Below are positions 19,342-29,828 of a DNA stretch of 64,000 bases, one piece after another. The notes below the pieces were generated by a model. It had not been told where the DNA came from, ran no database searches, and was given only the letters and a program-made list of their open reading frames with translations. The stretch lies in NCBI GenBank assembly GCA_964641545.1, contig CAZXLT010000001.1, positions 20,094 through 84,093 on the forward strand, written 5' to 3'. Numbering within the stretch: the first letter of the stretch is position 1; every line of letters starts with the position of its first letter. This stretch comes from an uncultured Candidatus Saccharibacteria bacterium (GTDB lineage: Bacteria > Patescibacteriota > Saccharimonadia > Saccharimonadales > AWTP1-31). The position numbers were made by a program, and so were the translations under genes.

Positions 19342-20563
19342 AGGAAACTATAAACAAGCCATTCGGACATTAAGAAAAGCCAAGTGGCGAAGCTTGCTAA
19401 CGATGTTTGGCATTATTGTTGGTGTAGTATCCGTGATTACGACTGTGAGCCTGGGTGAAGGTGTTAAGCGTCAGGTGCTTGGTCAGATCAACCAAATTGG
19501 CAATGACCTGGTAACTATTCGACCGGGCAAAATTGTAAAACGAGATTCGCGGGGCGTAATAACAGATGTTGATTTGGCCGCTTCTTACGGGTTCGGTTCT
19601 GGTAATCTAACGGAAAATGACCTACATGTGGTTGAGAAAACTCCGCATGTCCGCGCCGCGTCACCGCTAACAGTACTCAACAGCACTGCACGGAGTAACG
19701 ACATTGCATTTGACGGCCTCGTCCTTGGTACTTCACCGGAGTTCCCAGAGCTTCTTGGTAAAGAAATTGAGTATGGTAGTTATTTTACGAACGGAGAGCA
19801 AAATCGTCAGGTTGCAGTTATTGGGAAGCGTGTTGCCGAGCAGCTGTTTGAGGAAAATGTTCCAATTGGTCGATCATTCACTGTCCGCGGGCAAGACTTT
19901 ATTGTCCGCGGGGTAATGGAAGAATCGGGTAGCAGCGTGCTTGGCTCTAGCATAGATATAAACAAAGGCATCTTCATTCCGTATCCAGTTTCGAAAACCT
20001 TAGCCGATTCGAGCCCTCAGATGGTACAGATTCTTGCCAGACCGAACAAGACCGAGAAGCTGGACACCTTAATTGCAGAACTCAATAAGAATTTGATACG
20101 TTCACACAATGGTGAAGCAGACGTAACGGTGCTTAAGCAGGACGAAAACTTGGCGGTTACTAGTAGTTTACTAGACATGCTTACGGGGCTCGTCGCAGGA
20201 ATAGCGGCAATCTCGCTTGTAGTTGGCGGTATTGGAATTATGAATATTATGCTGGTGTCTGTTACTGAACGAACGCGAGAAATAGGTATTCGCAAGGCGG
20301 TTGGAGCGACCAACCGACAGATTCGTAATCAGTTCATAGTTGAAGCGGGAATACTTAGTTTTGTTGGTGGTCTGGTGGGAGTAATTTCGGCGTATTTTAT
20401 CAACTTCATTCTTCGGATTAGTACAAACCTAAAACCAGTCATAACTTGGCAGATAGTACTCATTGCAGTCGGGGTTTCGGCGGTCGTTGGGCTGTTATTT
20501 GGTCTTGCTCCTGCCATAAAGGCTGCGCGCAAAGATCCCATCGAAGCATTGCGCTACGAATAG
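19334..20563 (+). CDS. ABC transporter permease, FtsX/MacB family with an extracytoplasmic MacB-type domain
   Basis: N-terminal TM LLTMFGIIVGVVSVITTVSLG, large extracytoplasmic domain, then a C-terminal 3-TM FtsX module (ERTREIGIRKAVGATNRQI). Confidence 0.85.
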   Translation: MAKGNYKQAIRTLRKAKWRSLLTMFGIIVGVVSVITTVSLGEGVKRQVLGQINQIGNDLVTIRPGKIVKRDSRGVITDVDLAASYGFGSGNLTENDLHVVEKTPHVRAASPLTVLNSTARSNDIAFDGLVLGTSPEFPELLGKEIEYGSYFTNGEQNRQVAVIGKRVAEQLFEENVPIGRSFTVRGQDFIVRGVMEESGSSVLGSSIDINKGIFIPYPVSKTLADSSPQMVQILARPNKTEKLDTLIAELNKNLIRSHNGEADVTVLKQDENLAVTSSLLDMLTGLVAGIAAISLVVGGIGIMNIMLVSVTERTREIGIRKAVGATNRQIRNQFIVEAGILSFVGGLVGVISAYFINFILRISTNLKPVITWQIVLIAVGVSAVVGLLFGLAPAIKAARKDPIEALRYE

Positions 20564-20567
20564 AACT

Positions 20568-21848
20568 TTAGTCAAGCAGTATGGTTGCGAGGCCCAAGAA
20601 GGCCAAAAAACCCAGAACATCGGTTGCGGTTGTAATAAATATGGTTGCCGATGCTGCGGGGTCTTTGCGGAGTTTTGACATGATTAACGGCACCATGGTG
20701 CCAAAAAAAGCTGCCACCAGAAGGTTGATAATCATAGCAATCGCGAGAATGAGAGCGATACTGAAATCTCTGTTCAGCACAATTACGACTACGGCAACCA
20801 GCACGCCGTTAATTATCCCATTTATGAGGCTGGCACCAAGTTCGTTTACCAATGTACGCCAGGCAGTCCGCAGCTCAATTTGCTTTAAGGCGATACCGCG
20901 TACTTGTACTGCTAGTGTTTGGGTTGCTGCATTTCCGCCCATACCGGCAACAATCGGCATATAGATTGCCAGCAGAACGTACTTATCGAGGGTTTTTTCA
21001 AATAACCCTACCGTGAAAGCCGCTAGAAAAGCTGTACCAAGGTTAATGATAAGCCAACGGTAACGATTGCTGACTTTGGAGCGAGCCGAATCTGTCACGC
21101 TTTCTTCATTTTTAATACCGGCGAAGTTATACAAAGAGCCACCCTGCTCTTCTTCTACGACTTTCAACATATCGTCGGAATATATAATGCCGACAATTTC
21201 GTCTTTATCGTTAAGTACGGCAACTTTACTATGTGGATGCGTTCTAAATAAATCGACTACCTCGCGGCGGCGTGCAGCGTATGAAATAGTAGGCATCCGC
21301 TTTACGTATTTTTTTATAAGTTCTGTACGCGCAGCTATTCCCAACGAATGTCCGGGCAAGAATCCAACGAGCTTAGCGTCGTCTAATACCAGAATTACCG
21401 GAGGACGACCTGTTCTTTGCTCGTGGCTCATAAAGCGTTTTGCAACATCTTGCACGGTTTCTTTTGATTCAACTTGTATATAGTCCAAGGTCATAAGCCC
21501 AGCGGCTGTTTCCGGGTCGAATGCAAGCAATGTTGACAAAGAGTCTTTGAGCTCAGCGCTTAATAAATCTAAAACTTTTTCACGTTTTGTTTTTGTAATC
21601 ACCTGCAGGTAGTCAGTGCCTTCGTCGGGATCAACTGCCTGCAGCAGCTCGACGAAATCAGTTTCCGGCAGGCGCTGGAGTAAATCTTTGCGCACTGTGG
21701 AAGTGAGCGAACGCAACATCTCTACTCGTTTATCAGGAGTAAGACTTAAGAATAATTCCACTCGGCTATCTTTATAAAAAAGTATGTCTGCAAGTGCTAA
21801 TGGATTGACAGTAAGCGAGGGTAGCTTTTTCTTAATGAAATTAACCAT
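20568..21848 (-). CDS. mgtE: Magnesium transporter MgtE
   Basis: MgtE N-domain, CBS pair, and TM module with MPIVAGMGGNAATQTLAV. Confidence 0.9.
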   Translation of the reverse strand: MVNFIKKKLPSLTVNPLALADILFYKDSRVELFLSLTPDKRVEMLRSLTSTVRKDLLQRLPETDFVELLQAVDPDEGTDYLQVITKTKREKVLDLLSAELKDSLSTLLAFDPETAAGLMTLDYIQVESKETVQDVAKRFMSHEQRTGRPPVILVLDDAKLVGFLPGHSLGIAARTELIKKYVKRMPTISYAARRREVVDLFRTHPHSKVAVLNDKDEIVGIIYSDDMLKVVEEEQGGSLYNFAGIKNEESVTDSARSKVSNRYRWLIINLGTAFLAAFTVGLFEKTLDKYVLLAIYMPIVAGMGGNAATQTLAVQVRGIALKQIELRTAWRTLVNELGASLINGIINGVLVAVVVIVLNRDFSIALILAIAMIINLLVAAFFGTMVPLIMSKLRKDPAASATIFITTATDVLGFLAFLGLATILLD

Positions 21849-21873
21849 AATTTATATACTGGCAGTATACCAA

Positions 21874-22479
21874 CTAAAAAACTTGATTAAAAATGCCACC
21901 AACGGCAATACTTGCGATTACCATCAGACCTAGGCCTGCCAAACCAATAAGCGCTCCAAGAATCAGTAGTACTATGTCTTCTAGGATCATACTCAACCCA
22001 ATCACTACAACAGCTAATGCCGGTAGCGTATCGAGCCCCGCAAATGGGGGCGCAATAAACACGCCAATGGCAAAAAGAATCACAAAAAAGCCAGTAATTG
22101 CTCTGCCCAGTGGATGATCAATTGTGCTACCGAATCTTGGGCGCGAAAACTTTTCAAACCAACGAACTCTTTTTAGTAAAAACGGTAAGGCTTTTTTTTC
22201 TATCAACGACCCTAGCCTGCGGTCTCGTAGGCGCTTCGGAAGCCAAATGTTGCGTCTAGCTGCAATCATTTCAAGACCAAGTAAAAACGATACGGGTGCG
22301 GAAAGAAAATGACCGATACCTGCCGTAGGTAGCGGAAGTGCTGGTATGCACATAACTAGTATTAACGCGATCGCAAAACTTTTTTCACCAAAAAACTCCT
22401 GAAGTCCTCCTAAGGTCTTTGGCGTTTTGCTTGATAGCCACGTTTCTAATTCATTGCTAAATCTACTTCGCTGTGACAC
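21874..22479 (-). CDS. ExoD-family membrane protein (exopolysaccharide synthesis-like)
   Basis: About 200-aa polytopic protein with IPALPLPTAGIGHFLSAPVSFLLGLEMIAARRNIWLPKRL, an ExoD-like pattern. Confidence 0.5.
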   Translation of the reverse strand: MSQRSRFSNELETWLSSKTPKTLGGLQEFFGEKSFAIALILVMCIPALPLPTAGIGHFLSAPVSFLLGLEMIAARRNIWLPKRLRDRRLGSLIEKKALPFLLKRVRWFEKFSRPRFGSTIDHPLGRAITGFFVILFAIGVFIAPPFAGLDTLPALAVVVIGLSMILEDIVLLILGALIGLAGLGLMVIASIAVGGIFNQVF

Positions 22480-22579
22480 TCCCTGATTCTACCCTAGAAA
22501 ACAGTAAAAAAATAGTTCAAATCATATATACAACCCGAACACAAATTTGTTACACTAATAACCATAATCGAAATTTGGG

Positions 22580-23113
22580 ATGCATGTTTTGACGAAGAAA
22601 TTATTACGTTTGCTTAGGGGCAAAAAGGTTTATTTGCTAGCAGCATTGCTCGTGATCTTGCTTGCTGGTGGGCTTGTATATAATTCAAGCTACAGAGCAA
22701 ACAGCCGCCCCGATCCTAAAGACGCCAAAAAAACAAATTCAAAAATAGAAGAGCTTAAAAAACCTGAGTATGAAGTGCTAAGCCAAGGCGCAGCGCCTAA
22801 TAAGCGCTTTACGGTCTACGTGAAAACACAAAATACTAAACAAATCGAGTTGCTGAATAAGGACTTAAAAGTAGGCTTCAGAAAAACAACAAAAGGCGAT
22901 TTCTACATAGACTACTTTGACGATAAAGAAGTTGCCACGACTTTCTTTGCGCGAGCCAACGACCCTAAGCTTTCGCTTGCAGTTAAGCAAGAGCTTGTAA
23001 CCCACTATATTGGTGTCTACGCCAACATGAATTCCAAAGAAACCCTGTTATTCCCCGCAAAGACCGCCAAAGACGCCATGAAACGCACTAGTAACAGTGG
23101 TGACACAAATTAG
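22580..23113 (+). CDS. Hypothetical membrane-anchored or secreted protein
   Basis: N-terminal hydrophobic segment VYLLAALLVILLAGGLV. Confidence 0.5.
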   Translation: MHVLTKKLLRLLRGKKVYLLAALLVILLAGGLVYNSSYRANSRPDPKDAKKTNSKIEELKKPEYEVLSQGAAPNKRFTVYVKTQNTKQIELLNKDLKVGFRKTTKGDFYIDYFDDKEVATTFFARANDPKLSLAVKQELVTHYIGVYANMNSKETLLFPAKTAKDAMKRTSNSGDTN

Positions 23114-23161
23114 TTTGCATAAGCGTAATCTGATACAATGTTGGGGTTACGGTAGAGGTAC

Positions 23162-26100
23162 ATGAAACAGAAAAATTTGGTTGCAAAGAGGTCGCTCATA
23201 CAAGCTGTCCTGGCTCCTGTTAAAAGCACCTTACTAACACCTTTGAAATCCAGTGCACCTGCACGCCTCGCGAGCATTTTAAGTGCCACGCTTGTTATCG
23301 GCATCATGATATTTAGTAGCGTTAACCCGGCAGTCGTTAGCGCCTTTTCTGTGTACAACCAGAGCGATTGGTCTGGAGGAACCGGCTCAGACCCGTCAAA
23401 TCAGTATCAAACTGGAAATAATGTAACCCACTCTACGGCAGGCGAGATTACTCCTGCAAATGTGCACTCCGATTGGTGTTCGACTGCCAACTGTGATAGT
23501 AACTGGACTCGAAGAAGGGCTGTATGGATTGACAACTATGATGGTCATTTAAGCGGAACAGATAGACAGATCAAGATTGATATTCCTTACGACCCAGACA
23601 TGCAGGCAGATTTTGATGACATACGCTTTGTAAATAGCGCCGGCGACACAGACATTGACCATCACTTTATATATTGGGATTACGATAATACGGTCGCTAT
23701 CGTCAAAGTCCCCACCATCGCGCCAAACGCGGTAACTGAATTTTATATGTACTACGGGAATGCGAGTGCGTCTTCTTCAGATAGTATCGACGCTGTAAAT
23801 TTTGCCGACGGCTTTAGTAGCGGTGGTGTTTTGGGTCCGCAATGGACAGCCGGAGGAAGCTATAGCCTAAATGGTGACGAACTGACCTTCAGCGGGTACG
23901 GAAATACCGTAGCGTCAACTGCAGACTTTGACAGAAGCAACGACCGCATGGTCGAAGCCGACATAAAAGTAGATCTCTCGGGTATTAATTGCGAAGATTT
24001 TGCATGGACCGGCAACATGTACGCAACCACATACTTAAGTGTTACTTTCGCAAAACCAACCCAGTGTGATTCTGGCAATAAATACCACTCTATTATTAAT
24101 AAGTGGCGTGAAGATATTTCTTCTGTCTATGATGTACAGAGCCCGGTCAATATGTATGACGACACATATTATCGAGTACGTGCGCTGGTAAAAGCTTCTG
24201 GTGGCACTGACTACTATGTGAGCACAGACGGAGGTGCAAGCTTTTCGTCACTCAATGCTGATCCGAGCGATGAAACTGAAAATTCCCGATTTAAAATGTT
24301 TATTGAAGGGGTGCCGGTTACACTCCGCAATGTGGTTATGTATGACGAGCTATATACAACGCCCGTTATTGGTGTTGAGCAATTTGCTGGCGGCAAAACG
24401 GGCTACTTTATTACGCCTTTTTATGACATGGGCTCAGCAAATACACAGTTTGGCGATATAAACTTGACCACATCCGGCGGAACCGTTATGGATACTGACG
24501 TGTTTGCGTTCACTGCCGACAGCCCGGTTATTGGTGTTGATCCACGATTTTGCGGTGTGCTCGAAAGTGGTCAGGATATAAATGACTCAACGTGTGCAGA
24601 AAACGGACATCGCTACATTGCTTTTCTGATTTTTATGTCCGGAGACTCGTCTGGTGATTATGCCTTGTCGGATATTGACTTTGAATATCTCGAAGATAGT
24701 TCCCCGCCCCCAACCAATGCAAGCAATATTGTAATTAAGAAAAATGCAGGTAGTGCGACTATCTCCGAGGGTAGTTGGTCGAATGATAATTCCCCATTCT
24801 TCTCGTGGGATGCAGGTGAAGATGGTCCAGACGAATCAGGCATAAAAGGTTACTGCTTGTATTTAGGTACCGAAAGTTCGGCCGACCCAGCTTCCACACA
24901 AGGCATATTGCCAGGTTCTTCGCCGCTCGATGTCAACAATGCATGTCCTTACGCTGTTAGCGGCACAGAACTTGACCTATCTTCGTCCGTATCAATGAAC
25001 ACGCCTGAGACATATTATTTTAGTGTTAAGGCTATTGATAACCTCAACTTCATCTACACAGGATCAGCGGCGCAAACAAACTATAAGTATGATGGCAACG
25101 ATCCCTTCATCGGAACATTATTCACTGCCCCTGCCGTCACCAATACCAAAGAGTTTCGTGTTACGTGGCTAACCAACGGTGGTGCGAATGCCTATGACAA
25201 CGAATCGGGGCTTGCGGGCATGAAGTACTGCGTGACTAATATGTTGATTGGGATGTCTGGCTGCAACGAAGACGACAATAACTGGTACGGTACCGCTCAC
25301 ACTGGGAGTGGGAGCGTAACCGACACGAGCGATGTTATAGATTTTAGCGAAGGATCAATTGTCATGAAGCCTGCGGACGCTGCTAGATTAGACGATTCGA
25401 TTGCATTTGTAAATTTTGTTTTTATCTCAGGAATCGATTATGCGGGCAACGTTCAGGGCCCAAGCCTATCTGCTGTTGTCGTAACTAATTTGGCGGCTGG
25501 GGCGCCCTCAAATTTGCAGGTTACACCAACGAGCAATACCGCCAACGCATTCTCCTTTAATTGGGACCCCCCATCTGGTGGCGGTTATACATATTTCGGC
25601 GATGAAAGTACCCTGGACTACTGTTGGTCGGTCAATGAGCCGATTAACGAAAACGCCACGAACTGTAACTGGACGGGCCAAGGAATCGAAACGCTTGCTT
25701 CTGGGCCATACGCAACACAGCAAGGCACCAACACGTTGTATATGATCACTAAGGATCAGTCTGGTAATGTGAATAATGATAACGTTGCGAGCGTTACTTT
25801 TTCTGCATCTACGACGGCTCCTGGTGCACCGCAGGATCTTGAAATATCAGATGTTTCGACAAGAGCTACAAGTAGTTGGAAGCTCGCGATGTCTTGGTCT
25901 GAACCAGATCAGCCCGGCGCAGGCATTAGTAGTTACCGCATATATCGCTCTACCGACAATAGTAATTTTACGCAGGTCGGTTCTACGTCAAACGCAAATC
26001 TTAGCTTCATTGACTCTGGTTTAAATCAGTTAACGTACTACTACCATATTAAGGCGTGCGATAACGCTGGGAGCTGTGGTGTAGCCAGTAACGTGGCAAG

Positions 26101-27346
26101 CCGCCTGCCAACAGGACGCTTTACTTCCCCTGCAAAGCTAACGGCAGACACTGATCAGCCCAAGGTCAAAGATATAGGAACGCGCAAGGCAACGATTTAT
26201 TGGTTTACCGATAGAGAAAGTGATAGCAAAATTGCCTACGGGACGAAATCCGGAACCTACTTACAAGATGAAACTGGTAACTCGACACAGACCTCGAACC
26301 ACTCAGTCAATCTATCAAATTTGCAACCGGGAACAACATATTACTACATAGCGAAATGGACGGATGGGGATGGAAACACGGGGACCTCCACGGAGAGATC
26401 ATTCACAACCGAGCCTGCGCCAACAGTTAGCGAAGTTGAGCCATTGAAGGTTTCAATAACCAGCGCGGATATTAAGTTTAAAACCAAAAATGCTAGCAAA
26501 GTGACTCTGTTGTACGGCAAAAGTGAAGGCTTTGGCGGTATACAATCAATAAACACCTCAATAATTGAGTCGTTCTACACCCTGAGCCTGAGTGACCTCG
26601 ATGACGGGACAAAGTATTTCTTCAAGCTAAACACGGTAGATGCTGACGGGAACGACTACAGCGGTGACGTGTATAGCTTTACTACCCCCGCACGCCCAAG
26701 AATTAGTAACTTGCGTTTCCAGCCTGTCGAGGGATCCCCGAGCAGCACACAGAAGGTCTCGTGGACAACAAACGTTCCGGCAACCTCTGCACTCACCTAC
26801 CAACAACGAGGGGGAGTCAGTAAAGAGGTAATTGATTCAAAGCTCGTTACAGAACACGAACTCACCATCCAGGGCTTAGAGGATGATTCAGACTATAGCC
26901 TAATTGCTCGCTCTGTAGACGGAGCTGGGAATGCTGCCGTCAGTGATACGCAGACGTTTCGCACCGCGCTTGATACACGAGCTCCAAAAATCAGTGATCT
27001 TAATGTTGAAACATCCATTCGTGGTACTGGCTCTGAAGCTCGGGGCCAAATAATTGTTTCGTGGAAAACAGATGAAAAAGCTTCCAGCCAAGTTGCTTTT
27101 GGACCTGGTCAGTCCGGTGCCTTTACCAACCAGACACCGGTTGATAACAAGTTAACAACCGAACATGTTGTGATCGTGTCTGACCTTGCTACATCGAGTA
27201 TTTACCGTGTACAGGCAATTTCCACCGACAAAGCAAACAACGCAGGCAACTCGGAAAGTCAATCAGCCATAATAGGACGTGGTAGCGAAAATGTATTCAG
27301 CATTATTTTCAATGCATTACAGAAGATTTTTGGGGTGGGAGGTTAG
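23162..27346 (+). CDS. Giant surface protein (1394 aa) with DUF2341, LamG/ConA-like and multiple fibronectin-III / purple-acid-phosphatase-N-like domains
   Basis: Signal/TM ILSATLVIGIMIFSS. DUF2341 segment NWTRRRAVWIDNYDGHLSGTDRQIKIDIPYDPDMQADFDDIRFVNSAGDTDIDHHFIYWDYDNTVAIVKVP. Repeated Fn3-like units with TYYY / GTKYFF / SDYSL / SSIYRV strands. No C-terminal LPxTG. Confidence 0.85.
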   Translation: MKQKNLVAKRSLIQAVLAPVKSTLLTPLKSSAPARLASILSATLVIGIMIFSSVNPAVVSAFSVYNQSDWSGGTGSDPSNQYQTGNNVTHSTAGEITPANVHSDWCSTANCDSNWTRRRAVWIDNYDGHLSGTDRQIKIDIPYDPDMQADFDDIRFVNSAGDTDIDHHFIYWDYDNTVAIVKVPTIAPNAVTEFYMYYGNASASSSDSIDAVNFADGFSSGGVLGPQWTAGGSYSLNGDELTFSGYGNTVASTADFDRSNDRMVEADIKVDLSGINCEDFAWTGNMYATTYLSVTFAKPTQCDSGNKYHSIINKWREDISSVYDVQSPVNMYDDTYYRVRALVKASGGTDYYVSTDGGASFSSLNADPSDETENSRFKMFIEGVPVTLRNVVMYDELYTTPVIGVEQFAGGKTGYFITPFYDMGSANTQFGDINLTTSGGTVMDTDVFAFTADSPVIGVDPRFCGVLESGQDINDSTCAENGHRYIAFLIFMSGDSSGDYALSDIDFEYLEDSSPPPTNASNIVIKKNAGSATISEGSWSNDNSPFFSWDAGEDGPDESGIKGYCLYLGTESSADPASTQGILPGSSPLDVNNACPYAVSGTELDLSSSVSMNTPETYYFSVKAIDNLNFIYTGSAAQTNYKYDGNDPFIGTLFTAPAVTNTKEFRVTWLTNGGANAYDNESGLAGMKYCVTNMLIGMSGCNEDDNNWYGTAHTGSGSVTDTSDVIDFSEGSIVMKPADAARLDDSIAFVNFVFISGIDYAGNVQGPSLSAVVVTNLAAGAPSNLQVTPTSNTANAFSFNWDPPSGGGYTYFGDESTLDYCWSVNEPINENATNCNWTGQGIETLASGPYATQQGTNTLYMITKDQSGNVNNDNVASVTFSASTTAPGAPQDLEISDVSTRATSSWKLAMSWSEPDQPGAGISSYRIYRSTDNSNFTQVGSTSNANLSFIDSGLNQLTYYYHIKACDNAGSCGVASNVASRLPTGRFTSPAKLTADTDQPKVKDIGTRKATIYWFTDRESDSKIAYGTKSGTYLQDETGNSTQTSNHSVNLSNLQPGTTYYYIAKWTDGDGNTGTSTERSFTTEPAPTVSEVEPLKVSITSADIKFKTKNASKVTLLYGKSEGFGGIQSINTSIIESFYTLSLSDLDDGTKYFFKLNTVDADGNDYSGDVYSFTTPARPRISNLRFQPVEGSPSSTQKVSWTTNVPATSALTYQQRGGVSKEVIDSKLVTEHELTIQGLEDDSDYSLIARSVDGAGNAAVSDTQTFRTALDTRAPKISDLNVETSIRGTGSEARGQIIVSWKTDEKASSQVAFGPGQSGAFTNQTPVDNKLTTEHVVIVSDLATSSIYRVQAISTDKANNAGNSESQSAIIGRGSENVFSIIFNALQKIFGVGG

Positions 27347-27373
27347 CCGGAAATTTAGGCTAACTAATTATCT

Positions 27374-28153
27374 ATGGCAGCAGACACACTTGTGAGATTC
27401 GAGCACATTAGCAAGCAGTACCAAACCCAGGATGGGACGGTACAGGTGCTAAAAGACGTCAATTTCGAAATAAAAAAGAATACGTTTACAATTCTTTATG
27501 GTCCGTCCGGAAGTGGAAAAACTACCATACTCAATATGATACTTGGACTCCTGCCCCCTTCTGCTGGTCGGGTCTATGTAAACGGACAGAACTTGTATCA
27601 GATGAACCAGAACGAGCGTGCAAAATTCCGTGCGCAGCATTTCGGAAGTGTATATCAGACAAATAACTGGATCAGTAGTTTAGATGTGCTTGAAAACATC
27701 GCTCTACCCCTGTATTTATCGGGCATGGATCGTGTGAAGGCGACAAAAGAAGCCAAAGAAAGCTTGCGTCGCGTTGATCTTGAGCGCTTAGCCAGCATGA
27801 GTCCGCAAGTACTCTCGATTGGTCAACAGCAACGAATCTCGATGGCGCGCGCCACAGTAACGGTTCCACTCCTCTTGGTTGCAGATGAGCCAACCGGAAA
27901 CCTTGATAGTAAAAATGGCGATATGATTATGCGTTTAATAATGTCGTTTAAAAACGACCATAATTCAACCATTATTCTCGTTACCCATAACAGCGACTAC
28001 TTGCCCTTAAGTGATCATCGTTTATTCATCGCAGACGGTATCGTTAACGAAGATGAAGGTGGATACAAGTCCGAAGTAAACGAGAAATTCAATAAAGTTG
28101 CTAGCATGATTGGACTTGGAAAATCAGCCCGCGAGGTCACTAGTGGTAAATAA
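27374..28153 (+). CDS. ABC transporter ATP-binding protein (MacB-like) with a degenerate signature motif
   Basis: GPSGSGKTT, LLVADEPTGNLD, LVTHN. The signature reads LSIGQQQR instead of LSGGQ. Confidence 0.85.
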   Translation: MAADTLVRFEHISKQYQTQDGTVQVLKDVNFEIKKNTFTILYGPSGSGKTTILNMILGLLPPSAGRVYVNGQNLYQMNQNERAKFRAQHFGSVYQTNNWISSLDVLENIALPLYLSGMDRVKATKEAKESLRRVDLERLASMSPQVLSIGQQQRISMARATVTVPLLLVADEPTGNLDSKNGDMIMRLIMSFKNDHNSTIILVTHNSDYLPLSDHRLFIADGIVNEDEGGYKSEVNEKFNKVASMIGLGKSAREVTSGK

Positions 28154-28223
28154 AGAAAAGAACAGTTTTGCTTCTGCGCCAGCCCGTAACGGGGGCGTTA
28201 TCCAGTACCACATCCTTTTCCGA

Positions 28224-29387
28224 ATGGCGTTTAAGAACCTAACTTTTAAGAAATTGCGTACGACTTTGACAGTGCTAAGTGTGGTTATAGGCATTGGCGC
28301 AATTGTGTTCTTGCTTTCATTTGGTCTTGGACTGCAAGACCTGGTAAGTAAGCAAGTTATAGGTTCTAGCTCGGTACAAACTATAGATGTCACGTCAGCA
28401 CGCTCAAAAGTATTAAAACTTAACAACGAAGCGGCTGAGCAAATTAAAGCCCTTTCTAACGTCCGAGACGTAGGTAAATCATATAGTAGCGCCGGTAAAG
28501 CCAAGCTCGGCAGTTCGCAAACAGAAACGGTGGTGTTTGCGGCTGATGGTACATTTACTGGACTAAGTAGTCTGAACTTCAGCGCTGGCAAAATACTTGG
28601 GGAGGGCGCACAAGATGGTTTAATGATTAATGATTCGTTAGTGAAAGCGTTGGGAATCGGTAGTGCCAAAGATGCAACAGATAAAAAAATCTCGATTAGC
28701 TTCGGAGTAGTAAATGCGGAAGGTGCTAAAAAAACAGTAACGAAGGAACTTACTGTACGAGGCGTGTATCAGAGCGATTCTCGTGCCGAGGTGTTTATTG
28801 ATAGTTCACTGGTTGAGAGAGAAGGTATGCAGGACGCCACGCAGCTTAAGGTTGTAGCAGACAATCGTGACGCTGTGCCAACTATAAGAAAAGCGATAGA
28901 AGGTCTTGGCTTCGTAACATCTTCGCCACTCGATACGTTGGACCAGATTAACCAGGTGTTTACCTTGCTCCGTCTTGTGTTGGTTGGTTTCGGTGGTATT
29001 GGGATGGTGATTGCTATTTTGGGTATGTTTAATACGCTCACCATTTCTCTGCTCGAGAGAACTCGAGAAATTGGCCTAATGATTTCGCTAGGTGCCCGTA
29101 AGCAAGATGTTAAACGCTTATTTATAACAGAAGCGCTGATGCTTTCGTTCCTCGGAGGCTTCTTTGGTGTACTGGGTGCAATCATTATTGGTTCGGTTGC
29201 AAACGCGGTGTTAAATAACTATGCACGTGGCAACGGCGTGGCTGAGTCAATTAAGGTATTTATTATTTCCCCTTCCCTCGTTTTTGTTACCCTGTTGCTG
29301 AGCGCATTGGTGGGTCTTTTTGTTGTATACTTCCCCGCACGAAGGGCGGCCCAGATTAACCCAATAGAAGCGTTGCATAATGAGTAA
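28224..29387 (+). CDS. ABC transporter permease, FtsX/MacB family
   Basis: MAFKNLTFKKLRTTLTVLSVVIGIGAIV, extracytoplasmic domain, then a C-terminal FtsX module (ERTREIGLMISLGARKQDV). Start at the internal ATG 28224 of the track ORF. Confidence 0.8.
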   Translation: MAFKNLTFKKLRTTLTVLSVVIGIGAIVFLLSFGLGLQDLVSKQVIGSSSVQTIDVTSARSKVLKLNNEAAEQIKALSNVRDVGKSYSSAGKAKLGSSQTETVVFAADGTFTGLSSLNFSAGKILGEGAQDGLMINDSLVKALGIGSAKDATDKKISISFGVVNAEGAKKTVTKELTVRGVYQSDSRAEVFIDSSLVEREGMQDATQLKVVADNRDAVPTIRKAIEGLGFVTSSPLDTLDQINQVFTLLRLVLVGFGGIGMVIAILGMFNTLTISLLERTREIGLMISLGARKQDVKRLFITEALMLSFLGGFFGVLGAIIIGSVANAVLNNYARGNGVAESIKVFIISPSLVFVTLLLSALVGLFVVYFPARRAAQINPIEALHNE

Positions 29388-29754
29388 AAGCACCATTCTA
29401 GTTGTAGATGATGAAAAAGTGTTATCAGATGCCTATGAGATTGTTCTCAAAAAAGCTGGATTTACTGTGTTTGTCGCCAATGATGGACTCGAGGCTGTGA
29501 CGCTAGCGGAGTCTGAAAAACCAAGAGTGATGCTTTTAGACATGTTGATGCCTGAAATGAATGGAATTGATGTTCTAAAAAAGTTAAAAGACAAAAAAGT
29601 ACTCGACACCATTACAGTTATTGCATTCAGCAATATTGAAAATCCAGAAGTTATTTCCGCAGCTAAAAAGCTTGGTGTTAAGAATTACCTCCTTAAGGTT
29701 GACTACACACCCCACCAGGTAGTAGATCTCGTAAAGTCGTTAATAAGTAAATAG
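29380..29754 (+). CDS. Stand-alone response regulator receiver domain (CheY-like)
   Basis: ILVVDDEKV (DD), MLLDMLMPEMNG (phospho-acceptor D), IAFSN, KNYLLK. 124 aa with no output domain. 8-nt overlap with the permease. Confidence 0.85.
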   Translation: MSKSTILVVDDEKVLSDAYEIVLKKAGFTVFVANDGLEAVTLAESEKPRVMLLDMLMPEMNGIDVLKKLKDKKVLDTITVIAFSNIENPEVISAAKKLGVKNYLLKVDYTPHQVVDLVKSLISK

Positions 29755-29828
29755 TTCCCAAGCTGTTGTGGAGCGCTGCTTTAAGGTATACTAATGCATA
29801 AGCATTATTAAAACCAAAGTAGTCTCAT

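Noticed and set aside
23162-27346. DNA-level tandem repeats or a CRISPR-like array inside the giant gene
   Set aside because: The repetition exists only at the protein-domain level (divergent Fn3 units). There are no near-identical nucleotide repeats with regular spacers anywhere in the window, and no cas genes.
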